From Terrimicrobiaceae bacterium (GTDB lineage Bacteria; Verrucomicrobiota; Verrucomicrobiia; Chthoniobacterales; Terrimicrobiaceae), in assembly GCA_041752695.1 (NCBI GenBank), contig JBGSVZ010000029.1:1-52300 (forward strand): a DNA stretch of 52,300 bases, in the 5' to 3' direction. A program made the position numbers and the translations under genes. Each line of letters begins with the position of its first letter. The stretch's first letter is position 1. Positions 20,901-29,356 of the stretch are shown in pieces. Under the pieces are notes generated by a model. The model searched no databases and had not been told where the DNA came from. It saw only the letters and a list, made by a program, of their open reading frames with translations.

Positions 20901-21767
20901 ACCAAAATCCGTGGCGTCGTCATGCGCGAATTTGGGCTGCCCGCCACCCGCATCCGCCCGATGGCCACCCGCACCGACAAGGTGCCCAACACTTCCGCCA
21001 CGGCGGCAAGTTGCGGCTCGGATCTCAATGGCGCAGCCGTGGCCGACGCCTGCCGCCAATTGCGCGAACGACTCGCCCCAATCGCCGCGAAGCTCCTCGA
21101 AACCAAATCGGGTTCGCAGATTCGCGAGGACGAAATCCGCTGGGAAAACGGCAACGCCTGCTGGATCACCGATCCGTCCGTTTGCCTGCCTTTCGCGTTG
21201 GTCACCGAACGCGCCTACATGGAACGCATTAGCCTCGCGGCCTCCGGCTTTTATCGCACGCCAATCATTCATTGGGACTGGAACATCGGCAAAGGCCATC
21301 CCTTCCACTATTACGCCTTCGGGGCCGCCGTGAGCGAAGTCGAAGTGGACGGCACCACCGGCATGATGCAGGTCCGCCGTGTCGATATTCTGCACGATGT
21401 CGGCCGCTCTCTCAATCCCACCGTGGATCGCGGACAGATCGAAGGCGGCTTTGTGCAGGGCATGGGCTGGCTCACTTCGGAGGAATTGCTCTGGAACGAC
21501 CAGGGTCGGCTCCTCACCCACAGCGCCAGCACGTATCAAATCCCCGCCTTCAGCAACGCGCCGGTCGATTTTCGCGTGCGGCTCCTCGAAGAAGCCGACC
21601 AACCGCGCACCATTGGCCAGAGCAAAGCCGTCGGCGAACCGCCGCTCATGCTGGCCATCTCCGTGCGCGAGGCCCTGCGCGATGCCACCGGCGCAATGAC
21701 ACTCGCCTCACCTGCAACGTGCGAGGCCATTTATCGGGCGATGCACGCGGAACAATTCCCGGTTTAA
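17964..21767 (+). CDS. xdh: Xanthine dehydrogenase, single-chain fusion (2Fe-2S, FAD and molybdopterin domains), 1267 aa
   Basis: 'GCAEGDCGAC', 'QCGYCTPG', 'NLCRCTGY'; FAD 'QIRNRATLGGN'; Moco 'GGQEHFYLE', 'GGGFGGKE', 'AFRGFGGPQ', 'SKAVGEPP'; ATG overlaps the upstream stop (ATGA). Confidence 0.93.
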   Translation: MTVSRTDGRADCPQPAVDGALGTARPTPSNEFTLSVNGRAFEVRDVSPNENLLTFLRRSGLTGSKEGCAEGDCGACSVVLADRDAQGRPAWRTINSCIALLPSLAGREILTAEGIGSSAAPHPVQEAMVKHHGSQCGYCTPGFVASLFEGYHRDDLTTPAQIADQLCGNLCRCTGYRSIRDAACDVFRNRTERRPPEGKLASTPLAYTTNEQAFFRPASLPELFNLLETHPKARLVAGATEIGVEINKLFREYPVLISTEAVPELLEISSTATRWKIGGAVTLTCIEETLADEYPAVAQMLRLFASRQIRNRATLGGNLVTASPIGDSAPVLLSLDANVILKSRSAERTLPLDEFFLDYRKTALRPGEILLRIEIPRAPTTRSVFYKVSKRREMDISIVSAAFRITCENGIVRQARLAFGGVAATPKRVFAAEESAVGRTLEESLPAVTDILSREFTPLTDARGSATYRSAVLISLWEKFVRGESSSVHDEDLTFHEGSPWETSDASRSLPHESGLGHVCGEARYVEDTALRRSMLEMWPVLSPHARARLRRIDTTAAAAMPGVTCILLAKDIPGQNNTGPARHDEPALAEDDVFFHGQVVAIVVGPDKRLCRRAAQAITVDYEPLDPVISIEAAMEANSYHTDPHRLARGDVDAALASAPHRLTETFSFGGQEHFYLETHAAWAEGTDDGGVHVASSTQHPTEIQTIVAEVLGLNRNQVVVEAPRMGGGFGGKETQGNQWAALAALAALKTGRPVRVQLDRDVDMTVSGKRHPFRAEFAVGYDDEGKLLAARIFLVSDGGWALDLSQPVNDRALYHLDNAYYIPNVEFTGRVAKTNTTSHTAFRGFGGPQGMLVIEEILGRIAHRLGLPPEEVRRRNFYHGKGETNTTHYGQEIEENRLARVWDQLLFDSSFAERRAATDVWNATHATVKRGLAITPVKFGISFTFTPYNQAGSLVLIYRDGSVQVNHGGTEMGQGLQTKIRGVVMREFGLPATRIRPMATRTDKVPNTSATAASCGSDLNGAAVADACRQLRERLAPIAAKLLETKSGSQIREDEIRWENGNACWITDPSVCLPFALVTERAYMERISLAASGFYRTPIIHWDWNIGKGHPFHYYAFGAAVSEVEVDGTTGMMQVRRVDILHDVGRSLNPTVDRGQIEGGFVQGMGWLTSEELLWNDQGRLLTHSASTYQIPAFSNAPVDFRVRLLEEADQPRTIGQSKAVGEPPLMLAISVREALRDATGAMTLASPATCEAIYRAMHAEQFPV
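17985..18044. repeat. GTAG-family REP doublet (REPIN-like), 60 bp, in frame inside the xdh 5' end
   Basis: GGTAGGGCG...CGCCCTACC termini; two internal hairpins, GGCGG..CCGCC and GGCGCGCT..AGCGCGCC. Confidence 0.75.
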
Positions 21768-21780
21768 GTCACTCGCCAAC

Positions 21781-21819
21781 GTCGCAAAAAATGTAACGAG
21801 ATCGTTACAAAACTTCGCG
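21781..21819 (+). promoter_or_regulatory. Palindrome / Pho-box-like periodic motif
   Basis: TGTAACGA-ga-TCGTTACA (21792-21809); GTCGC/GTAAC/GTTAC/TTCGC at 11-12 bp spacing. Confidence 0.45.
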
Positions 21820-21903
21820 TGGCAATTCGGTTCGAGGAGGAGATTTTCCGCCAGGTCAGTCCGGCTCTCGGGTCGGACGCACCAAACGCACAATCTGCCA
21901 CCG

Positions 21904-23604
21904 ATGAAATTCCATTCCAAATCCCTGTTTGCTTTCACTCTCGCCGCCCTGACCTGCGGGGCTCGTGCGGAAATCACCTTTTTGAGCGGAGTGTCCCTTC
22001 CGAATGGCGGGGAGATTGTCTCCTACTCCTCCGGCACCGTGCTCACCACGAACTCATTGTCGGCCTCCAGTCATGCTGTCCAAATGTATTCCCTGGGAGC
22101 GAACGGGGTTCTCACCGCAGGCACATCCGTGAATCTGAATGGTGTTTATGGCGCGGCCGCGACGGCTTCCGTCACCAGCGTGCTGGCCGATAGCCGGGGC
22201 TTCGGCGTGGCGACGATCGTCCCCAGCGCAAAGACCGCGACGGACTTCGGACGCATCGCGTTTTTTGATCTCTCCACCGGCACCATCTTGAACACGCTTG
22301 ACGTGGGCTATCACCCGGATTCCGTGACGATCACGCCGGATGGCACGAAACTGCTCATCGCCAACGAGGGCGAGTACGGGTCAACCGACATCCTCACCCC
22401 CGAGGCCGTCAATCGCAACGGCTCCGTCAGCGTTGTGGACATCAGCAGCGTCCTTTCGACCACCAATATCGCGGCGCTGAGTGCTTCAAACGTATCAACC
22501 TATGATTTCACCGCGGGCAACCTCGACTCCGGCGTCACCATCAGCGGCCTCCGCAACGCCCGTCTGGATACCGTCACGGTTAAAAGCCCCAACGTCGCCG
22601 ACATCGAGCCGGAGTACATCACCGCGACCAATGACCTGGCCTACATCACTCTCCAGGAAAACAACGCCATCGCCACCCTCGACCTCACGACAGGGAAATA
22701 CACCGCCATCAATACACTTGGTACCATTCAACAGGTCATTGATGCCTCCGACCGGGACGGCGCAGGGAACACTGCCTTGGCGAATCGCAACGACACGGTC
22801 ACCGGACTGCCTATGCCGGACACCATCACTAAATTCGTCCGGTCAGGCACGACCTTCCTCGTGACGGCCAACGAGGGCGACGCCCGTCCGGATGACGGCG
22901 ACATCTTCCGCGCCTCGCAACAGAATACGACGGTGAATGGCTCGCTGGCTCCGGATATCGACTCCGCCGTCGATGGAACGGTCACTAACACGGGAATCGC
23001 CCGGCTGAACATTCTGAAAGACCAGGGCGACACAGATGCGGACGGCGACATCGATGTCCCCACCATGATGGGTACCCGCAGTTTCTCCATCTGGGACGCC
23101 GAGACGGGGGAGCTCGCTTTCGACTCCGATTCCATGATCGAAGACTACGTCATCTCCAACGATCTGAGCTCCCACAACATCAATAACGGCTCGTTGGGCA
23201 ATTTCGACACCCGTTCCGATGAAAAGGGCCCGGAACCCGAAGCTCTAGCTTTCGGCTCCATCGACGGGCGCGATTTTGTGTTCCTCGGCAACGAACGCCA
23301 GAACGGTATCTTCCAATTCGACATCACCGACCTGAACAACGTGACCATCGTGGGCTACTTCAACCCGGTCACCAGCGCGCTGGACAGCGGTGGTGCGTTC
23401 ATCTCGCCCGAATCCATTCAATTCCTTTCCGCCGCCAGCAATCCGACCGGCATGGACCTTCTCGTGGTTGGCTTCGAGGGGACCGGGAGCAATGGATCCA
23501 TTGCGACGTTCCAAGCGACCGTTCCGGAACCCGGCACGGCGACCCTTCTGGGCCTCGGTGCCCTTCTCCTGGCCGCCCGGCGATCCCGCCGGAAGCTCGC
23601 CTGA
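21904..23604 (+). CDS. Choice-of-anchor I (alkaline-phosphatase-associated beta-propeller) protein with PEP-CTERM sorting signal
   Basis: Signal peptide; 'IANEGE', 'DIEPEYI', 'LQENNAIA', 'TANEGD', 'RSFSIW', 'RSDEKGPEPE'; C-terminal 'VPEPGTATLLGLGALLLAARRSRR'. Confidence 0.88.
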   Translation: MKFHSKSLFAFTLAALTCGARAEITFLSGVSLPNGGEIVSYSSGTVLTTNSLSASSHAVQMYSLGANGVLTAGTSVNLNGVYGAAATASVTSVLADSRGFGVATIVPSAKTATDFGRIAFFDLSTGTILNTLDVGYHPDSVTITPDGTKLLIANEGEYGSTDILTPEAVNRNGSVSVVDISSVLSTTNIAALSASNVSTYDFTAGNLDSGVTISGLRNARLDTVTVKSPNVADIEPEYITATNDLAYITLQENNAIATLDLTTGKYTAINTLGTIQQVIDASDRDGAGNTALANRNDTVTGLPMPDTITKFVRSGTTFLVTANEGDARPDDGDIFRASQQNTTVNGSLAPDIDSAVDGTVTNTGIARLNILKDQGDTDADGDIDVPTMMGTRSFSIWDAETGELAFDSDSMIEDYVISNDLSSHNINNGSLGNFDTRSDEKGPEPEALAFGSIDGRDFVFLGNERQNGIFQFDITDLNNVTIVGYFNPVTSALDSGGAFISPESIQFLSAASNPTGMDLLVVGFEGTGSNGSIATFQATVPEPGTATLLGLGALLLAARRSRRKLA

Positions 23605-23914
23605 TAAAGGAACGGAGGAATCGCGGGTGTGACAGCGCCGCGAGAGGGGTCAACCCGAAATTGATCAGTCGGGTCCGGATGCAGGCGAGCCGCATCATCG
23701 GCTCCACCCAGGGGATCACCGAGTAGCAAGTGTCCCTCATTCCCCAACTGCCCTCCGATTTGCTCCTCGTCGGAAGGGTGAATCCGCTGGATCAGAGCAT
23801 CATTCGGCCGACTTTTCGAACAGGCCCCCTTCATCTCAAGTTTTCAAAATAGGAACTGCTGGCCCAGCTCGCAGGACGCTTGACAGGCAACCAATTGCAA
23901 GGAAACAGTCTCTC

Positions 23915-26821
23915 ATGTTTCTGGCAAAACTTGCCGTTCCAATACGTCCGGGATGCGGCCATTTCGCAGTCATCCTGTCCGCCGGCGCTGCGGTGGCGGC
24001 TTGTCTGCTTTCCGCAGGCGGGCTGCAGGCGGCCAGCACGTGGATCGGCGGAACGGGGAACTTCTCGGACGAGACCAATTGGAGCACTGGAGAAGTGCCC
24101 GATGGCGCCGACGACATCATCGTCGCCAACGGCGGGACGGCACAGGTGACGACGTTCAATCCGGCGCAGAAGGGGACCATCGACGGCTCAAGCACGATTC
24201 AGATTTTCAGCGGGACGGGGTCGAAGCTTGGACTGCTCGGCGAGCTTGTGGTCGGGCAGACGGGGCGGGGCACCATCACCATTGGGAACCAAGCCCTGCT
24301 CATCAACGATGAGCTGAACAACTACAACTCCTATTTCGGCTACGCCCCCGGATCGGAGGGAGTGCTGGAGTCCACGGGCGGGCAATTCTACACGGACAAA
24401 CTCACCGTGGGCTACGAGGGTAGCGGGTCCATGAGCCTCATTTCCGGCTCGCAGATGTTCACCGGCGAGACGGGGTTGGGGCTGCAGTCGGGATCGGTTG
24501 GCATCATCGAGATGAATGACAGCAGTTGGTCCACCGAGGGAGTTCTCGTTTCCGACTACGACGATGTCACGGTCGGCGGCCAGGGCCGCGGCGAACTCCG
24601 TGCCACCAACGCGCAGATCGAGGTGGGCAACGTCCTCCTCGCCGCGACCTCGGGAACCGGCAACTTGGTTACGCTCACCGGCGGGAGTCTGACGTCTTCC
24701 GGGACAATTTCGGTCGGACAAAATGGCGGGGGCTCCTTCTCGGGCACCAACACCGCGATCGCGGCGAAGGAGTTTTTTGTGGGGCGCAATACCGGAGCCT
24801 CCGGCGTGGCGGCGATGTCCGGCGGTAGCCTGACCCTCTCGACCGACCTCCACGTGGGCGCGCTGGGCACGGGCACCTTCACCATAACGAACGGCGGCAC
24901 GGTGAAGTCGGGCATCTCCAACATCGGCTTCGGGGCAAACGCGGTCGGCGCGATCAATCTCACGAGCGGCACTTGGACGGGCACGCGGGGGCTTTTCATC
25001 GGGGTCGACGGCCACGGGACGCTCAATATCGGCTCTGACGGCAAGCTCAGCACCGAGAGTGGGTTCCTGGGACAGAATGCCTCCGGCATCGGCGTGGTCT
25101 CGATCGACGGCGGAACCTGGGCCATGTCCGACTCTCTCGTCGTCGGCGTCAACGGCACCGGCTCGCTCTCCGCCAGCAACGGCGCTATCATCACCACCGA
25201 GTGGGCCCAGCTCGGGCTGAACGCCGGCTCCAGCGGCACGGCCACCCTCAATGGTTCGTCGCTGACGGTTGCCCAGACCCTGACCGTCGGACAGCTCGGT
25301 TCCGGGACACTCGCGCTGACGAACGGCGCCCACCTCGCAGCCGCGTCCATCGAGCTGGCCGGCTCCTCCGGGGTGAGCGGTTCCCTCAGCGTCGTGGACT
25401 CCACCGTCACCACGGAAAACATCATAGCCGGCTCGGGCACCGCCACGGCGTCGTTCTCCGCCGCCCGGATCCAGCTTCCGACCAACGTGGTGGTGGTGGA
25501 TACGCTCCTGTTCGACGGCTTCGCCTCCGGCAACCTGGTCATCGGCAGCGGCGGACTCACCATCGACACCCGTGGTGGCAACGCGCAGATCGGCAGCAGC
25601 CTCACGGGCAGCGGCTCGCTCACGAAGACGGGAGTCGGACGGCTGCGGCTCGACACGGCCAACGGCTACACCGGCGGGACGATCGTCGAGCAGGGCGTAC
25701 TCGAATTCAGCGACGGCTCCGGCTTCGGCACCGGCGGCCTTACCCTCGGGACCGGCGAACTGCGCGCCATCACCAACGCCACGCTCTCAACGAACCCGAC
25801 CTTCCTCACCGTGAGCGGCAGCCAGACGGCCACGTTTTCCGCCACGGCCGGCAACACGTTCACCCTCTCCACGTCCGACTTCACCCTGCAAAACGGCGCG
25901 GCACTCGCCTTTGGCAGCGCGGGCAACACCGGCGCGGTTGTTTTCGCTCCGGTCAATCTCACCACATCCTCCAGTATCCCGTCCGTCACCGTGCAGTCCG
26001 GAACCTTGCAGGCGGGGAACAACCGACTCGCCGAGCTCACCGCCCAGGCCGGCGCCACGACGGTCGCCGCGGGGGCCACGCTGGAGTTCCAGGACAACCT
26101 TTCCACCGGCGGCATCAACGCGCTCTTCGGCGCCGGCACGGTCAACACCGGCACCAATTCCGCGACGTCGCTCACCGTGAATTCGGGTAGTTTCTCCGGC
26201 AACATCGCGGGCTGGGGAGGACTCGTGAAGGAGTCCGCCGGGACCCTGACCCTCTCCGGCCAGAACGCCTTCACCGGCGGCACAACGGTCAACGCGGGCA
26301 CGCTGCTGATCGAAGGGAACCTCGGGTTCGGACTCGGAAATGTCACCGTCAACACCGGCGGAACGCTCGGAGGCAGCGGGCTGGTGGGAGGCATCACCCT
26401 CAGCGGCGGAATCCTGTCGCCAGGTTCCTCCCCCGGAACGTTGAACGCGGAGAGCCTCTTCTGGGAGGAAGGAATTTTTCAATTCGAACTCGGCTCCACC
26501 CCGGCGACTTCCGACCACCTCATCCTCACCAGCCAACTCGTCGGTCTCGCCCTGCCCTCCGGACCCTACACCTTCGATTTTGTGGACGCCGGATGGTCCA
26601 CCAACACCACCTACGACCTCATCACTTTCAACCTAAGCGACATCAACATCGCCGACTTTGCGTACTCCAACGGCGGGGGCTTCGCTGGCACCTTCGCCTA
26701 CAGCGGGAATACCCTGCAGTTCACCGTCACTTCCGTGCCCGAGCCTTCAACGTCGGCTTTGCTCCTCGTCGCCACCCTGCTTGCCGCCGCCCGACGGAAA
26801 CCCCGAGCGACTGCCCGCTAG
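23915..26821 (+). CDS. Gly/Ser/Thr-rich beta-strand repeat surface protein (autotransporter-associated repeats) with PEP-CTERM
   Basis: Repeated 'VG..G.G.L.I..GG'; passenger repeats 'LTKTGVGRLRLDTANGYTGGT' and 'LVKESAGTLTLSGQNAFTGGTTVNAGTL'; 'VPEPSTSALLL...RRK'. Confidence 0.9.
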   Translation: MFLAKLAVPIRPGCGHFAVILSAGAAVAACLLSAGGLQAASTWIGGTGNFSDETNWSTGEVPDGADDIIVANGGTAQVTTFNPAQKGTIDGSSTIQIFSGTGSKLGLLGELVVGQTGRGTITIGNQALLINDELNNYNSYFGYAPGSEGVLESTGGQFYTDKLTVGYEGSGSMSLISGSQMFTGETGLGLQSGSVGIIEMNDSSWSTEGVLVSDYDDVTVGGQGRGELRATNAQIEVGNVLLAATSGTGNLVTLTGGSLTSSGTISVGQNGGGSFSGTNTAIAAKEFFVGRNTGASGVAAMSGGSLTLSTDLHVGALGTGTFTITNGGTVKSGISNIGFGANAVGAINLTSGTWTGTRGLFIGVDGHGTLNIGSDGKLSTESGFLGQNASGIGVVSIDGGTWAMSDSLVVGVNGTGSLSASNGAIITTEWAQLGLNAGSSGTATLNGSSLTVAQTLTVGQLGSGTLALTNGAHLAAASIELAGSSGVSGSLSVVDSTVTTENIIAGSGTATASFSAARIQLPTNVVVVDTLLFDGFASGNLVIGSGGLTIDTRGGNAQIGSSLTGSGSLTKTGVGRLRLDTANGYTGGTIVEQGVLEFSDGSGFGTGGLTLGTGELRAITNATLSTNPTFLTVSGSQTATFSATAGNTFTLSTSDFTLQNGAALAFGSAGNTGAVVFAPVNLTTSSSIPSVTVQSGTLQAGNNRLAELTAQAGATTVAAGATLEFQDNLSTGGINALFGAGTVNTGTNSATSLTVNSGSFSGNIAGWGGLVKESAGTLTLSGQNAFTGGTTVNAGTLLIEGNLGFGLGNVTVNTGGTLGGSGLVGGITLSGGILSPGSSPGTLNAESLFWEEGIFQFELGSTPATSDHLILTSQLVGLALPSGPYTFDFVDAGWSTNTTYDLITFNLSDINIADFAYSNGGGFAGTFAYSGNTLQFTVTSVPEPSTSALLLVATLLAAARRKPRATAR

Positions 26822-26846
26822 TCGCACTGGACAAAACGACACGCTG

Positions 26847-26874
26847 CTCTTCGTGATCTTCGTTTCCTTCTGTT
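26847..26874. repeat. Lone right arm of the 4824-4931 repeat family
   Basis: CTCTTCGTGATCTTCGTTTCCTTCTGTT shares CTTCGTTTCCTTC-GTT with 4916-4932. Confidence 0.6.
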
Positions 26875-26896
26875 CACCCAGCTTCCTTTCCGCCCC

Positions 26897-28171
26897 TTAC
26901 TTCAGCGGATTCGGCAGCTGTTTCTGAGAAATTCCGATGCCGAGTTTGGCCAACTCGTCCGCCGCCATGGGGGACACGACACCAGAGATCACCAGATTGT
27001 AACTGACGGGAGGCGTTCCAAAACTCAGCCCTTTCACCGTGTTGGCAAACTTCGCCGCCATGGGGGTCCAGGCGACGTAGTCCCATTGAAGCGGCACCAC
27101 CACAGCCCCACTGGCCGTGAGACAAAGGGGCAGACCGTTAACTAACGTAATGGCGGAAATTGGGGCCGAGGCATTCACCAAAGCCATCAACTGCGCGCAC
27201 TGTTGGTAAAAAAGCGCGTCGTGCTCGTCCGCACTGACGGTGGCCTGCTGGATAAAATACTCCCGCCCCGTGGCCTGGCCGAGTTGCGCAAGGGAACCGA
27301 CCAGGATCGTCTGCGCGGTGGGTGAGATGGCGTTGTTATTCAGAAACGCCACGGCATCCGGGCGGGTGACACCCATGGCCAACAGGAGGCCTAGATTCAT
27401 CAGTCTAAGGTCGGCCGGGCTGTTCTCACGCAGGATGTCATTGAAGTTCCCGGTCCAGTTCACTGCAGTGAGCGCGAGTCCGGCATTGCCAATGCCCGCC
27501 GTGGCGACGGCCACGCCGATGTTCACCGTCAATCCCCCCGCAAACGTCGGCCAGGCCACCTGATTGAGCGCCTCCTGAAAGGCCTCGTTCGTGCTGTAAG
27601 GATCCACGCCTAGATCGAGGGAAATTTTGCGTTTCACCTTGGAAAACCCGAGCAGGTTCTGCGCGACATTGCCGTCTACCGGATCGGGCTTGCGGCCTTC
27701 GCCGAGTTCTTTCACGGATTGTCCCGCCTGATTGAGGAACTTCCAGATCCCGCGGGGCACCCCGCTGATGGTTCCAACCGGATTGGTGACCAATTCCTTC
27801 GCCACCACCAACGGACTCTGCGCGGCCTTCAACGCGGCTTGTTTGAACTCATCGGTCTTTGAGATATCATTGAGAGCTGCAATAGCGTTAATCTCGGCCA
27901 CCCGCCGCATCAGCAGCGCATTGCCGTCGGCGGAAAAGACCCCAAAGTCGGAGTCGATCTCAAAGGAATTAACCCCGCCATAAGTCGGAACCGGAGGGCG
28001 CACGCGAAAGTTCGGACCTTGAAAATAACCCGGCTGAAGAATGGTCGCGGCATCCAGAATCGGCGACGACTCGAAAACCTGGGGAGCCGGTTGCGGGCTG
28101 GCGGCCTGATCCTGGGCAGCGGCTACCGAAACCACACCAAGCAGAAGGAGCGGAGCAAGGAGGATTTTCAT
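26897..28171 (-). CDS. Exported hypothetical protein
   Basis: Signal peptide 'MKILLAPLLLLGVVSVAAA'; 424-aa ORF, last gene of the sulfatase run. Confidence 0.8.
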   Translation of the reverse strand: MKILLAPLLLLGVVSVAAAQDQAASPQPAPQVFESSPILDAATILQPGYFQGPNFRVRPPVPTYGGVNSFEIDSDFGVFSADGNALLMRRVAEINAIAALNDISKTDEFKQAALKAAQSPLVVAKELVTNPVGTISGVPRGIWKFLNQAGQSVKELGEGRKPDPVDGNVAQNLLGFSKVKRKISLDLGVDPYSTNEAFQEALNQVAWPTFAGGLTVNIGVAVATAGIGNAGLALTAVNWTGNFNDILRENSPADLRLMNLGLLLAMGVTRPDAVAFLNNNAISPTAQTILVGSLAQLGQATGREYFIQQATVSADEHDALFYQQCAQLMALVNASAPISAITLVNGLPLCLTASGAVVVPLQWDYVAWTPMAAKFANTVKGLSFGTPPVSYNLVISGVVSPMAADELAKLGIGISQKQLPNPLK

Positions 28172-28215
28172 CACAAAAATCTTGAGGGTTTTCCGAAGAA
28201 GAAAAGGTATTTCGT

Positions 28216-29313
28216 TCAGGGGACCTTGACGCAGCGAAAGCCGAGATGGTTCGTGGCGGTGTTGACCTCCCCCTTGCCGCGCGTTCCGGCCATGTAGCGG
28301 GTGCAATATTGATCGGTGCAGAGGTACGAACCTCCTTTGTGGACTCGCTTCTTTTCCGTCGGTTCGGCCGGGTCGAGAGGAGAGTCGGGCCCCTGCGGGC
28401 TGCGGGCGACCCCGCCAGTTGCGGCAAGGGTGGCGAAATAATCCGCCCTATACCAGTCGCTCGTCCATTCCCACACACTGCCCGCCATGTCATAGAGGCC
28501 GTAGCCATTGGGAGGAAACGCCTTTACGGGTGACAGGCCGACAAACCCATCCTCACCGGTATCGTTCACGGGAAATTTTCCCTGGTAGGTGTTGGCGGCA
28601 AACTTTCCGCCGGGTTTAAAGTCATCACCCCAAGCATAGAGTTTACCCGAGAGGCCGCCCCGGTCGGCAAATTCCCACTCCGCCTCGGTGGGCAGCCGCT
28701 TGCCCGCCCATTTGGCGTAGGCCACGGCATCAGGATACGCGATCTGCACAACGGGGTAATTCTCCCGCCCTTTCAAGTCACTGCCAGGACCTTCGGGATG
28801 CCGCCAATTCGCGCCTTGGACGTACGTCCACCATTGAAAATGATCGTTCAGTGGCACGGCTTTTGGCGTCGGCGCAAAGACCACGGATCCGGCAATCAGA
28901 TTCTCCGGCGGCGCAGTGGGAAACTCCTCTTTCGTCGGAGCAATTTCCGCGATGGTGCGGTAGCCGGTCGCTTCCACAAACTTGGCAAACTGGGCGTTGG
29001 TTACCTCGGTTGCATCCATCCAGAACCCATCGACAGAAACGCGGTGGATCGGAAGCGAATCCGAAACCGTGCCGGGCGAGCAGCAACTCGCCCCGTCCAC
29101 CATGCCGTTCGCGCCCATGGAAAACTCTCCGCCCGGGACCCAAACCATGCCCTCGGGAGCGGGCGTGGGAGGCTTGGCTGTGTTCTCAACCGTGGGATGA
29201 AAGCTGTCCTTTCCCCCTGAGACATCGGTCCCGGCCGGGAGCAACCCAACCGACGGCCCGAACGTCACAATCATCAGGACACCAAAGGCCCGCCGAAACA
29301 TCGTCTTTGTCAT
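28216..29313 (-). CDS. Formylglycine-generating enzyme (sulfatase-modifying factor)
   Basis: 'RLPTEAEWE', 'NGYGLYDMAG.VWEW', catalytic Cys pair 'KGGSYLCTDQYC.RY', 'NHLGFRC'; N-terminal export-like signal. Confidence 0.93.
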   Translation of the reverse strand: MTKTMFRRAFGVLMIVTFGPSVGLLPAGTDVSGGKDSFHPTVENTAKPPTPAPEGMVWVPGGEFSMGANGMVDGASCCSPGTVSDSLPIHRVSVDGFWMDATEVTNAQFAKFVEATGYRTIAEIAPTKEEFPTAPPENLIAGSVVFAPTPKAVPLNDHFQWWTYVQGANWRHPEGPGSDLKGRENYPVVQIAYPDAVAYAKWAGKRLPTEAEWEFADRGGLSGKLYAWGDDFKPGGKFAANTYQGKFPVNDTGEDGFVGLSPVKAFPPNGYGLYDMAGSVWEWTSDWYRADYFATLAATGGVARSPQGPDSPLDPAEPTEKKRVHKGGSYLCTDQYCTRYMAGTRGKGEVNTATNHLGFRCVKVP

Positions 29314-29356
29314 TTTATTAAAATCATTCCACCGGCCCACCGTTTGCCCGGGAACC

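Noticed and set aside
23605..23914. Possible gene remnant ('SDLLLVGRVNPLDQ') and sigma54 promoter (AGGCAACCAATTGCA)
   Set aside because: The resemblance is too short to support, and the GG-GC spacing is 9 rather than the required 10
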